From positions 134,726,001 to 134,790,000 of the forward strand of contig NC_042999.1 in the NCBI RefSeq assembly GCF_006345805.1: a DNA stretch of 64,000 nt. The letters are read 5' to 3'. The DNA comes from Octopus sinensis. Its lineage: Eukaryota. Made by a program: the position numbers and the translations under genes. The number at the start of each line of letters is the position of its first letter. The stretch's first letter is position 1. The notes beneath the pieces were generated by a model. That model saw only the letters and a list, made by a program, of their open reading frames with translations. It was not told the DNA's origin and did not search any database. Shown piece by piece: positions 39,567-52,776 of this stretch.

Positions 39567-40122
39567 ATGCCCTGATGCAGTACCAGGCAGTGGCTCTCAT
39601 GGTTTCTGATCTTAACTGATTGGAAGTGTTATCATGTACATTGTTTTGTCTTGGTATAAAAGATGGGCTACAGCAAATATTCTGCTCAATACCACAGTTT
39701 TGCTTGTCAGTTGTTTGACCTTAACCAGTTGAGCATGTCCCTTAGTGGCTGACGATATGTGCATCTCTGATCACGAGCAGAAGTAGTGGGGGAGCATCAT
39801 AGCCATGTGTTGAGAGGGATTCTTTGGGGTTTGAATAGTTCACCTCTGGAAACATGGGTGGTTCTTTCAACATCCTTAAACAACCCTTATTCAGGGACCT
39901 TTTGAGCGGGATGGGCTACTCAACCTGAAGAAAATTCTAACTGGGCCCCACCTGCAAGGTCATGTGCTGTTTATCTTGATATGAGATCACCATGTCGCGC
40001 ACATATGGTTGTGATGCATGTGCCTGGTGTACCCTTATCAGACGGGTAGTCATGATGGGTATATTGGGCTTCGTATATTTTACCCCAGTGTCACTTTGAT
40101 GGCATGCACTGCTCTCTCACTC
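39567..40122. mobile_element. ~555-bp non-coding element bounded by (AAT)n; copy 1
   Basis: Same ends (ccctgatgcagtacc ... gctctctcactc) and high similarity to 52777-53325; partial degraded third copy at ~40145-40420. Confidence 0.75.
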
Positions 40123-40699
40123 AATAATAATAATAATAACAATGGTAAAAGTGTTATCGGGTACGTGTTTTGTCTTGGTATAAAAGTTGGGCTATAGTAA
40201 ATATCCTGCCCAATATCACAGATTTGCTTGTCAGTTGTTTGACTTTAATCATTTTAGCATACCTTTTGGTGAATGACAATATGTGCATTTTAGACCATGA
40301 GCAGGAGTAGTGGTGGGGGCATCATAGCCTTCTGTTGAGAGGAATTCACCCTTGGAAACATAAGTGTTTCGTTCATCATCCTTAGACAAACCTTATTCAG
40401 GTATCTTTTGACCTCCAATTTACAGACACATACTCAGAGCAGGCCCACTCCTCACTCGGGTCATGCTCACCTCTCCCACCCACCTTTCAACAAATTGCAT
40501 GAAAGGCAATACTGCCCTCTCCACCCTGATTTTTATCTTCAAATGAAATATGTAAAACTTAATCAGGACTTCGCCAAAAAAGAAAGTGCTAGTCTTGAGC
40601 CTTTTCAAATGCATCCACCACACGACCTATTTCGTCATGACCATCATGCAGATAAAAACTAACTGCCCTTCCCGGTTAAAGAGAAGCGGTGGGGCAGTC

Positions 40700-41130
40700 T
40701 TCATGATGGACTCAGCAGATAGCTGGATCTGACCCACATGCGTCTGTAGATGTTTAACATAAACCCACATTGCTACGGTGAACGAAAAGGAAAAACATGA
40801 TAATTGTCATAGCATGTTCTATTGACAACAGGATCGAAGAAAAAGAGAAGAAAAAGCTAACAACTATGATAAATTGAAGTGAGAAATACGCAGGTTGTTG
40901 GCAGTGAAGCGATCAGACGTGTTACCAATAGTGATTGGCTCGCTTAGAAGTATCGGTTCTCAACTACCAGCGTGGTTCAAAAAGATTGGAACAAATGTAA
41001 AGATAGAACGCCTACAAAAATCATTGCTTGGAACTACAATCGTACTTTGCAAGGTTCTTGAAGCATGGTCAGAAAACAAGTGTCACCTTAGTTAGGTGGC
41101 TTTGGACAGCTGACACTTTCCATCCTGTCC
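40700..41130 (+). mobile_element. Degraded RLE retrotransposon 3' fragment
   Basis: VLPIVIGSLRS...ERLQKSLLGTTIVLCKVLE. Confidence 0.6.
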
Positions 41131-41219
41131 AACAAAATAAGCTGAGAGTTTTCATGAAATAATTATAATAAATATTCTAAAGGCAAATAGCAATATATTA
41201 ATATAACGCAAATAATATC

Positions 41220-43760
41220 AGCTTCAAATTTTGGCTCAAGGACACTAATTTGGGGGAAAGGATAAGTCAATTACATCCACTCGAGTACTAAACTAGTACT
41301 TATTTTATTGACCACGGATGGATGAAAGGTAAAATCAACGTCGGCGGAATTTGAACTCAGAACGTAAAGACAAACGAAATGCTGCTAGACATTTTACCCG
41401 CCGTGCTAACGATTCTGCCAGCTCCCCACCTTTAAAGAATGACAGTATTGCTTTCAAATTTGAGCAGAAGGTCAGCTGTTTCAGGGAAGGGGGCTAAGAC
41501 GATTACATCGTTCCCAGTACTCGACTGGTACTTGTTTTATCGACACCGAAAGGATGAAAGGCAATTTGAACTTCGAATGAAAAGACCGACGAAATGCTGT
41601 TTGGATATTGTGCCCGGCGTGCTAACGGTTCTGCCAGCTCGTTGCCTTTAAACGATAACAGTATCAACATGATGTAAGGCGGCGAGCTGGCTGAATTATA
41701 AGCGCATCGGACAAAATGATTAGCGGCATTTCGTCCGTCTTTGCATTGAGAGAGAGAGAGAGAGAATTTAGGTAAACTTTTTAACTTTCTGGAAGCTGAA
41801 GTTTCTTGCCACCGAAGTGAAGCCAACTATTCAACCAGAATTCAAATCTCAAGTGACATTCCATCATCGTCGCTAATAAGATAATACCACGAGTTGACAA
41901 CATTAGTGTAGTTTTTCGCACATAAATGTGCAAGGAACAAAAACAACAATTATCCAAGGATTTCACAAATAATTGTTTCCCTTGTTGCAGCGCAGTATAA
42001 AAATTTAGATTAGTATGAGGGAGGTGGTCGTAATTAGCATTGATATTCTTTAAAAAAACGTAGCAGGAGCAAATTCTTTCTAATTTTAGCACAAGACCAG
42101 TAATCGATTATATCGAGCCTAGTACTCAACTGGTACTTATTTTATCGATCCCGAAATAATGAAAACAAAGTTAACCTCCACGGAATTTGAACTCTCGGTG
42201 TAAAAAGAAGGAAGTCATGCCACTAAGCATTATGTCCGATATACTAAAGATTCTGCCAGCTCACCGCTTCTAAACAGGAAAAAAATAATGATTTCAATTT
42301 TTGGCAGAAGGCCAGTAGTTTCTGGGGAATGGTAAGTTGATTACCTCGACTCCAATACTCAGTTGATACTTATTTTATCGCCCCCACCCCGAAAAGATGA
42401 AAGACAAAGTCGACATTGGCGGAATTTGAACTCAGAACGTAAAGACAAACGAAATACTGCTAGACATTTTGCCCGGCGGGCTAACGATTCTGCCAGCTCC
42501 CCACCTTTAAAGAATGACAGTATTGCTTTCAAATTTGAGCAGAATGTCAGCTGTTTTAGGGAAGCGGGATAAGACGATTACATCGTTTCCAGTGCTCGAC
42601 TGGTACTTGTTTTAGCGACTCTGAGAGAATGAAAGGCAAAGTCGACCTCAGTGGAATTTGAACTCAGAACGTAAAGACGGACTAAATGCTGTTTGGAATT
42701 TTGCCCGGTGTGCTAACGGTTCTGCCAACTCGGCGCCTTTAAATGTCGACAATATTAACATGAAGTAAGTCGGCGAGCTGGCAGAATCGTTAGCACGCCG
42801 GGCAAAATGCGTAGCCGTATTTCGTCTGCCGTTACGTACTGAGTTTAAATTCATCCGAGGTCGACTTTGCTTTTCATCCCTTTCGGGGCTGATAAATTAG
42901 GTACCAGTTACGCACTGGGGTCGATGTAATCGACTTAATCCGTCTGTCTGTCCTTGTTTGTCTCCTCTGTGTTTAGCCCCTTGTGGGTAGTAAAGAAATA
43001 GGTATTTCGTCTGACGCTACGTTCTGAGTTCGAATTCCACCGAGGTCGACTTTGCCTTTCATCCTTTCGAGGTCGATAAATTAAGTACCAGTTACGCACT
43101 GGGGTCGATGTAATCGACTTAATCCGTTTGTCTGTCCTTGTTTGTCCCCTCTGTGTTTAGCCCCTTGTGGGTAGTAAAGAAATAGGAATTTCGTCTGATG
43201 CGACGTTCTGAGTTCAAATTCCGCCGAGGTCGACTTTGCCTTTCATCCCTTTCGGGGTCGATAAATTAGGTACCAGTTAAGCACTGGGGTCGATATAATC
43301 GACTTAATCTGTTTGTCTGTCCTTGTTTGTCCCCTCTGTGTTTAGCCCCTTGTGGGTAGTAAAGAAATAGGAATTTCGTCTGACGCTACGTTCTGAGTTC
43401 AAATTCCGCCGAGGTCGACTTTGCCTGTCATCCTCTCGGGGTCAATAAATTAATTACCATTTGCGTACTGGGGTCGATGTAATCGACTGGCCCCCTCTTC
43501 CAAAAGTTCGAGCCTTGTGCCTAGAGTAGAAAAGAAGTAAGGCGGCGAGCTGGCTGAATCGTTAGTACTCCGGGCAAAACGTTTAGCAGCATTTCGTCCG
43601 TTCTTACGTTCTGAGTTCAAATTCCACCGAGGTCGACTTTGCTTTTCGTCCTTGCGGGGTCGATAAATTAAGTACCAGTCGAGCATTAGGGTCGATGAAA
43701 TTGATACATCTCCCACCCCAAAATTGCTGGTCTTATGCCTAAATTTGAAATCGACATAAC
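41220..43760. mobile_element. Dense cluster of ~10 SINE family A copies, including a 184-185-bp tandem array (42816-43490)
   Basis: Minus copies at ~41220-41650 and 42100-42735; plus copies from 42770; array junction (g/c)g(t/a)atttcgtc at 42816, 43001, 43185 and 43370. Confidence 0.88.
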
Positions 43761-44749
43761 GTGAAATATAACTTCTCTTGGATTTGTGACTATTACATCA
43801 ACTCACATTTTGTCCAGCGTGCTAACGATTCTGCCAGCTCAGAACTTCTGACAGCAATGGAATAATATTAGAGAATAGGACAAAATAAAATAAATATTAG
43901 AAGAATTGGTATAAAAGCTTGTATAGGCGTCAGTCTAAGGAAACATATTAAATCTTATAGCCAAATATGTTAATTCATCCATGCAAGTAGGGAGTGGGCG
44001 TGTGCATCCTCCCCTGGTTGCATATGTGTGGTGAGTGTGTACTTATATTTCACTTATACCCCCATGGCTCATTCCTCCCATTGTATAGTGCCGTTAGTGA
44101 TCTAAAATTAGGAATCGAAATGAAGTCTTTGGTGAGCAGAGATATGGTCCCGGGCCAAGAACGTCGGAAGTCACAACTGTCACAGGTGAGCGACCGATAC
44201 CTTAATAGTTTGCTTTTCTCAGCCTTATTAGCAACGGAGCCTGGGTTGAGAGCCGACAACACCAAATTTCCACTGGAGAAGCTGTCACAACGTGTGGAAT
44301 CCCAGATGAGGGGCCTACCGCCATGGAATGGGAAAATTGCCCATATTTCAATTATACCCCATATCTCATTCTTTCCATTCTATAGGGTCATTAGCAATCT
44401 ATAAGTAGGAGTCGTTATGAAGTCTTTGCAACGATGCAACAGATTGTAAGGTTCATTCAAATGTATTCTGTGGAATGTATGCAAGTTTTGTGGTTGAGTG
44501 GGAATCTGTATATGGATGGCAGTATTTTACACACAACCTCATCGCTCCCTCCCCATTGTGTCACTTGAGAGGTGTAATGTCAGTGTTTTAGAATACTGAC
44601 GTTTTGAGGAGTTATAAAAAAGCTTAAAGATCCCTCCCGAGCTCATAAAGCCGGTTTCCCTGATTATGTGTCGTATATGCAAACGTGGATGGGCTGCATC
44701 TATTCAAACATGTATTTTGTTTTATTCCATTCTCCTCTCTACTCTTATG

Positions 44750-45103
44750 TTATTACCTCCGCCTTCGCTAACGCGGAGGTATTGTTTTCAGTCGTGTTTG
44801 TTTGTTTGTTTGTCCGTGGACAAGATATCTCAAAAACCGTTGGATGGAGTCGGTTGAAACTTTCAGGGATGTTTGGCTTCATGACCAGATTTTAGGATCG
44901 ATCAGGTACCGGATAAAGATTCTGGATCATTTTTCCGGGATTTTTACTTAATTTTTGAGAAAGGTCGGGTTCATTTTTAGTATTCTCATTTGTGAGAGGA
45001 GTTGAATTTAAGATAGTATCATTTTAAAAATCATATCCAGTTAATCGTTGAGAGGATGTTGATATTCCCTTGACGGAAATTTGCGCTCTCTGAGAGCTCT
45101 TGT
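44750..45103 (+). mobile_element. Non-autonomous Helentron/DINE-1-like (HINE) element
   Basis: 5' ttattacctccgcc with nearby inverted gcggaggta, (GTTT)n microsatellite, 3' hairpin gcgctctctgagagc; the layout of this element class. Confidence 0.65.
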
Positions 45104-45129
45104 GACAGTTATTTTTAAAATTCTCAAAA

Positions 45130-45540
45130 GACCTGGCTGTATAGCTGAGAAGCTTTCTTCCTAACCAAATGATCTTGGATTCATTCCCATTTGGGCAAGC
45201 GCTTTCCACTGTAGCTCCGGGCCGCCGAAAACCTTGTCAGTGAATTTGGTAAGCAGAAACAAAAACAAACAAACCCATCGTATATGAATGTATATGTGTG
45301 TACGTGCGCGCGCGTCTTTTTGTGTCTTTGTGTGTCAATTGTTTTTCTCCCTCACCACTCACTGCTTGACAATCGGTGTTGATTTATTTACCTCCCTGTA
45401 ACTTAACGTTTCGGCAAAAGAAACTGACAGAATAAATACCAGACGGTAAAAAGTACTAGTGGCAATTTGTTTTGGCATAAATCCTTTAAGGCGGTACCCC
45501 AGCATGGCTGCAGTGCAACCATCGAAACAAGTAAAAGATA
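45130..45540 (+). mobile_element. Degraded SINE family B
   Basis: ttgggcaagcgctttcc...gaatttggtaagcagaaac...cttgacaatcggtgttg...aaggcggtaccccagcatggctgcag. Confidence 0.7.
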
Positions 45541-45764
45541 AATATGAAAGTCTGAACCAGTCAATGCTCAACAAACATTAGGTTCATCTAATATGAATCT
45601 ATATACCAATGCTATACTCCACCGCTACTCATTAATGTTCTACTTTTAGAGGACGTTAGAATAAGTACCAGGCTTTAAGAAAATAAGTACTGGGGTCGAT
45701 ACATTTGACTAAAAATTCTTCAAGAATTTTGGTTTAAGCATCCCATATAACCCACCCCCATACT

Positions 45765-46119
45765 TTTTCTATTTTTTGGAATTTTCAGGAAAATGTCTGC
45801 GAATTTGTCTTCTACACATGGAAATTCATAAGATTATGCAAAAACAATTTTTGTGTGTTTCAGGCAATTTAGCCGTTGTTTCCTCGTTTCTTTGTCACTT
45901 TGAGGTATTGATATTGTTCAAGAGTGGAATTTAAGCATAAAGTTCTGAGTGTCTGTATTTTAAACTCTAATTTAAAAAAAAAAGAGAAATGGGAAATTTT
46001 AGTATTTATGGGGTTTAAAAATAATTTTTAATCATTTTTTTTCCTACAACAAACGTATGAATTTCAGTGCATAGAACACATATTCGCAAAAAATTTCTGA
46101 AAACTCCAAAAAATAAAAG
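45765..46119. mobile_element. Old MITE-like element with ~65-bp imperfect inverted repeats
   Basis: 45765-45832 and the reverse complement of 46054-46119 align at roughly three-quarters identity by eye. Confidence 0.5.
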
Positions 46120-46604
46120 CCGTAACTACCTACTACCTTCATTTCTACTCTTTGTTGTATTTTTTAAAATCGGAGTTTAAAATATGGACAGTCCGAATTT
46201 TTAGCTCAAATCCTACCCATGAGTGTATCATCATTCCACTAAATGTGTTTATGGAGAGAAAAATATTGAAAAATATTAATACGTACCAGTGACAAAGACA
46301 CGAAGAAAGTTTCAGGTGGTCGTGAGATGTGCTAAAATAACAGCTAAATCGCCCAAAACATAAAAAAAAGTTATATGCAAACTGATTTAAGTGATGATAA
46401 ATAACACCAATATTATATTTATCAGTAATGGATTAAAATAATTGTAAATTTCTTTTCTTAGAACATATATTAAAATACCAGTTATAGATGATATGAAAAC
46501 TTTCTGACCTTTACCCTAAAAAACTGACTCGGAGATCAGTCTTGCGAAAATATATTGAAATCAACTTCTTGCCAAGAACTGAGATGTTTCTGGTCTGAAT
46601 TCTC

Positions 46605-47075
<471 letters not shown>

Positions 47076-47089
47076 AGTGAAAGGGGTAG

Positions 47090-48900
47090 AGTGGACATGT
47101 CGTGAAGAGTAGAATATCCAACGTTTCGGATCCAATCCTTTGTCAGGAGTAGATAAAAAGAGAAGTTGAATAAAGACAGTTTTTCATCCTCTGGTTGCAA
47201 CTGATAATGGATGCAGAATAACACGAGCTGCTAACGTGAAACAGAAGTTATAGGAGAGGGCGTGCAGAAAGGAAGAGGAAAAGGGTGGTGGAGAGAGTAA
47301 AGGTAAGTAAATACGAGAATGTTGCAGAGAGAGAGAGGGTGGAAGGTGGATTAAAAAGGTAAAAAAAATGAATTAAGAGGAGGTGAAAGGATGAAAGGAA
47401 AAACGTTCATTCACACTTGTCGGGGACATAGAGAAGCGGGGACTGTGGTGCAAGACCATACCACACACTGATAAATCTGTAATAGAATGCTTCACAGCGT
47501 TGAAGTGGATTGCAATAGGTTGGCCTGGCATACATAACATTATGTTTCTGATATGTTCGCGAAAGTGATCCCTAAGGCGTCGCCCTGTTTCTCCAATGTA
47601 AAGAGCACCACAGAGTTTTAATATGATTCGCCGAAGGGCAACAGAAGTGGTGTGTTATGTGATATTGCTTCTTGGGCCCTGTGATGGTGATAATATTGTT
47701 GATGTAGGGGCATGTGTTAAATCGTCGGTGAGAACATTTAAAAGTTCCTGGTTGTGTGGAGCTGGGAGGTGTGAAGCTTCTAACAAGAAGATTTCTAAGA
47801 CTCCTATCTTTTTAAAAGATAGGAGAGGTGGTGCTGGAAAGATAGGGGCAGTTGTTGGGTTAGAAAGAAGAATGCGAAAGTTGCGGGTGTGTGCATTTTA
47901 GAGGGAGGATGGACGGGTGGTAAGTGAGAGATATTGGAACACAGTTGGCAGAAGTGCGTGAAGGCGATAAGAGAGCTGCGGTGCGGTTGATGTCTCGGGC
48001 TCGGTGGAGAGCCGGGTCGACAAATGATGGAAGATACCCTCGATTCAGAGAAAAAACTGTCGCATCATTTTGCAATAGGATTCGAAATCCGAATCGATGC
48101 TGCAAAGTCGTCGAAGGCGAAGAAATTGAGAGGAAGGTATGGTAGATTTAATGTGTTTAAGGTGAGAGGAAGAGTATTGGACATAGGAGTGGGAGTCAGT
48201 AGATTTATAGCAGATAGAGGCGGAGAGGTGGGTATTGTATATTGTGACGGAGATGTCCAGAAAGTAAACAGAAGTATCAGATATTGTGTGGGAGAATTCC
48301 AAGGCTAGGTGAAAGGTACTAACGAAAGAAATAAAATCGTCGAGCTGATGTCTGTTAAGGCTTGTGATGCCAATACAGTCATTGATGTAACAACCATACA
48401 GCTCTGGGATAGGTCCAGAGAAGTGAACAAAAATTTGCTCTTCTACATAACCTACAAAGGGTTTGGCATAATCGGGGCCTATCCTGGTGCCCATAGCAAC
48501 ACCGCTGGACTGCTTATAGAATTCACCAGAGAAGGGAAAATAATTGAGTGTTAAAACGAGCTCGTCTAAGCGGAGGTGTGTAGTAGTGTTGGGTTCAGGT
48601 ACAGAACGACGGTCTAAGAAGTGTTTCAGTGCTAGTAGACCGTCGTTGTGAGGGATGACTGTGTACGAAGATTTAATGTCCATGGTGAAGAGGAGTTTGA
48701 ATTCATCAGGTGGGAAAGAAAATGCATTGAAGAGGTGTAGTGCATTGTTACTATCTTTGATATGCGAAGATAGGGCAGCGATGAGAGGGGATAAAAGTCT
48801 GTCGCGATAAGAAAATAAGAGTTCTGTGAAGCAAGTGAAAGCAGAGACAATAGAGCGGCCTACTCTGATTTATGTTTGTAGTACTATGGTTTTCAATAAA
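47090..48900 (-). mobile_element. Penelope-like element (RT + GIY-YIG endonuclease), degraded
   Basis: ORF 48045-48683 (-): MDIKSSYTVIPH, GVAMGT, YINDC, FLDISV, SQFLRLRRLCS; at ~47580-47640 ALYIGETGRRLRDHFREH (GIY-YIG); hammerhead-like remnant near 47120-47146. Confidence 0.88.
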
Positions 48901-50479
48901 TATTCTCTGGGGAACAGTGAACCGTGTTCTTTGAGACCAATGCTAAGTATGTGTGTGTGCGCGCGCTGTGTGTCTATGTTCGTGATTAAGCCCTTAGCCA
49001 GCTGCTGTCGCTAGCCAATGTGTCTGGGACACTTTTGAAAGAACTGGTGTATGTGTGCGTGTTTGTGTGTGTGTGTGTGTGTGTGTGCACGCGTGTGTGT
49101 GTGTGCGTGTGTATGTGTGTGTGCGCGCGCGCGTGTGTGTGTATTTTTCCATCTTAAACTGAGTGTCAACAATACATTCACTGTGTTGTTTTTGTTTCTA
49201 TTTTTGATTTGCCCAAGGAATCTAATGCTCTTAGTTTAGTTATTTCTTGGGGCTGGCCAGATTGGAGCAATCTTGAGTATAACCAGCAGAAATTGCAAAG
49301 ATAATCTGGAACTCGACTGAGGAAAGAAAACTGCGAATGACCCGTCCTTGTTTTCTTTGTATTGTCTATCTGGATGTTTTGTTGTCTCTTTCTTGTATCA
49401 CCTGGATGTTTTGCGTTCCTGTCCCATTTTGTATTTTTTATATATACATACATATATACATATACTGTGATTACTTTGGGTACCACTGGCCAGCTATGCC
49501 TACCCTGTTCTTTGATACCAAAGCCAAGTATGTGTGTGTATGTGTGTACGTATTCTTATAATTTTATTGCTGCTATTGTTGTTGTCGTTGTTTCTTCTCA
49601 GTATTATTTCTTTCATCTTTCTAGAGAATCAGCAAGGAAATTTTAGGACCAGCTTCACATATATGTTTTGTCTTTTTTATATTATGTTTTCTTTATTCTT
49701 GTTTTGAAAAGTAAAGTAGTAAATAAATTGGTAAAGACAAATTTCTAGCAACATATGCCGGGGTGTTTTTTAAACAAGTTTCTTAGTCTCATATCACCAT
49801 TGTACAGGGTCCGCATTGCAAACTACTGGTCTAAAGCACAATTTTTCATGGCCCCTAAAAAATTATCGTGGAATCCAATTTTCTGCATTTTATCTGTGGG
49901 TCTCCAGAAATTTTGTATGGACCCCAGTTGGGAATCCCTGATGTAAACTATACTGACTAATTTTTACTCCCAACTACGTAACCTATACTGACCAAATTTT
50001 ATTCCCAAAGATGATGAAATAGTACAAAATGAGAGAAAATAATTAATCAGAAATTATTCATTTTGACACAGTTACCAATTTTGCCCCATTTCCATATAGT
50101 AATTCCAAGTGTTTGACAAGATGACGAAAAATATATGAAAAAAATAAGAAAGAAAAAGGTTTGATTTAAGAAAACTTTGAATAGATTATGCAATAATTCG
50201 AAGGCTGAAAAAGCATGCTTTTAGCTGTTGAAAGATGTAATTTTATAATTAAAACTAAATTCAAATGTTTTCTTTATTTGCTTCATAAAATAAGACTAGT
50301 TTTCAAAGTCTCATTGAAATAAGTTTAGAACTAGAAATGTGTGTGTGTGTGTGCCTTTAATCGCTCGCTATTTTTCTATCAATCTCTTTATCTTTATATA
50401 CATTCATACGTTTACGCACACACAAACACACATACATTTACAGATACATGCATACATATATACAGACAGACAGATATGA

Positions 50480-51460
50480 TGACAGTAACATCGATCATCA
50501 AAGCAGTTTATCATGGACGAATAGCCGGATTATTACTTTCCACTTTGAAGAGTATGCATTTACAATCCAGGAACATCAACCTAATGCACAAAATATGCGG
50601 GAAAAGCCGTAAAATGTGACAACCGATGCAAACTTTGTGGAGTTCGCACTGAAGATATCACCCACATCATAAGCAGTTGTCTGAAAATGTCATCACGGTA
50701 TTATCTACCCATGAGACATGACGTTGTAGCTTGGACACTCTATAACGAAATCCGTTGGAAAGATAATCCCGAGGACAAAGAAATAAAAACCCACAATATG
50801 GTAGAAGTCATAGCCACTCATAATGAAAAGGAATACTGGTGGAATGTACCAGTGAAGACCTCAATAAAATGTAAGCACAACAGACCTGATATAATGATTT
50901 GGGATGGAGAAGAGAAACTGTGCACAGTTGTAGAAATTAGTTGCCCAGCGGTTAAAGCTGAAGATCAGGGAAAAAGAGAACACTTATGCTGAACTAATGA
51001 GAAATCTACAGTTACTCTATCCAGATTACAAGTTCAGATTTATACCTGTAATTATTGGGGCCCTGGGATATGTAACACATTGCCTAGATACCAATCTTGA
51101 GAAATTAGGCTTCTAAGAACCAGAAAGGAGAAAGCTAATTCGAAGGCTACAGGTCCAATCCATCACTGGAACTGTAAAAATCTGTGTAAAACTTTCCAGA
51201 AGTTTATCATTTAAATATATATGAGCATGTCTAGATATGTAACTCTATGCATGAGAGTTACAAATCTGCACATACATACATACATACATACATACATACA
51301 TACATACATACATACATACATACATACATACATGCCAAACATACAAAACACCCTGTTGTTGATGTTGAAATTCCAATGAAGGAACCTTGGATCTAGGTTA
51401 GAAACCTGTTCTTTCTCTATTGGCAAGAACTCTTGAAATAAACTGAATAATGACATACAT
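50480..51460 (+). mobile_element. RLE-type non-LTR retrotransposon 3' fragment ending in (CATA)n-containing UTR
   Basis: CKLCGVRTEDITHIISSC knuckle, RHDVVA, HNRPDIMIWD..VVEISCP, FIPVIIGALG. Confidence 0.8.
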
Positions 51461-52085
51461 ACTTACATTTTCAGTAGTGTTCTGTTGTTTCCCTTTTGTT
51501 GTCCCTTGGGAATTGTATAAATGCTTTTTAACTGAATTATTTGGCGTCTCTAAAGCGGCAAAATCTATTTTTATTTATCATAAAAGAGAATCCGTTACAC
51601 TTTTTTTAAAGAAGTCAAGATACCTTTCCATACCTGATTGCAAGGAGGTGGGGGCCTTCATGTATTGAAAGCTACATACCCTTCATAACAAGGGTTCTCC
51701 AATAACTAGATGCCCGGGGCAAATGCCCCCTCTTCCCCCTATAAATCCGGCCCTGTATATATATATATATATATATATATGCATACATACATATATATGT
51801 ATATATAGGTATATGTTTGTTTGTATGCGTGTGTATAATACATCATTAACAGGCTTCTTTCAGTTCCAGTCAAACAAGTCCATTCACAAGGCTTTGGGAA
51901 AACCGAATTGAAACAATTAGTATAGAGAAAATTCGAATCAATGTACAGAGACTTTGATGACACAAAAGAAAGGAACGAACACATTATTGCTTCCGCATGG
52001 ACGAATGAGTAAGATAACTAGAGTTAGCCGTGACGTAAATTTTGACCCAAATATAAAATATTACAAGGTCTTTTGCTAAATACGG

Positions 52086-52413
52086 TGTAGTGTTATGAGC
52101 CAGGCAGTATTGTAGGGAAGGATCGGACGTAAGGGAGTAAGCATGTCCTGTCAGAAGTGGCCCCTGTGGCTCCCACCGGAAGTGCCGCAGTGGACATGCG
52201 GCATTCAATGAAGAACGAGGGTCAGTCAGCGCCGAACAGCACATCAGAGCGGACGTGTGAGATGGTAGAGCAACGGATAGCGCACGTGGACGTGGAGTGA
52301 ACCTTTGAGATCGTGACAGCATGTGGACGTTGAAAGTGACCTTTTCTCCGGACCGACAGGTAAGACTACCGTAATTCTCTCTTCGCTTCAGTCTTTTTTT
52401 CCTTTACATCACA
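52086..52413. mobile_element. Candidate solo LTR (328 bp)
   Basis: TGT...ACA termini; 5-bp flanks tacgg (52081-52085) and tatgg (52414-52418) differ by one CpG-type change; GC-rich interior. Confidence 0.5.
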
Positions 52414-52776
52414 TATGGAATATAAACGAAAAGAGGTATGGCATAGCATCTGCATCTTCGAAGCATTTTCAGTAAACAGGGCATTGAACGTCGACTCAAA
52501 CTTCCAAATTTATGTTTCAAGGCAAAACTACGAATGAAGACGTTAATAATAATAATGATGGACTCTCCCGTCGATGGCGACATATGAGTGCTCAGCTTTT
52601 GCCGAACGACCTGCATAAATGATTTGTTTATAGTTTTCAAATGCATGTGCTGTACACTAACTGCGTCCCACCATCAAATCGCACCACCTTGTCAACATCC
52701 TAACCACTAGGCCTTGTGTCCTAATAATAATAATAACAACAACAACAACAACAACAATAATAATAATAATAATAAT

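Noticed and set aside
42816-43490. CRISPR-like array
   Set aside because: The units are whole 184-185-bp SINE-derived repeats with no unique spacers; the context is eukaryotic with no cas genes.
43920-44540. Possible LTR or exon with a caggtgagc donor and a 136-aa ORF
   Set aside because: No matching TSD or terminal repeat found, and no recognisable protein motif.
51368-51410. Hammerhead-like CCAATGA...GAAAC; similar remnants at 13785-13805, 21325-21345 and 49315-49350
   Set aside because: Multiple core deviations or missing stems I-III; too degenerate to call.
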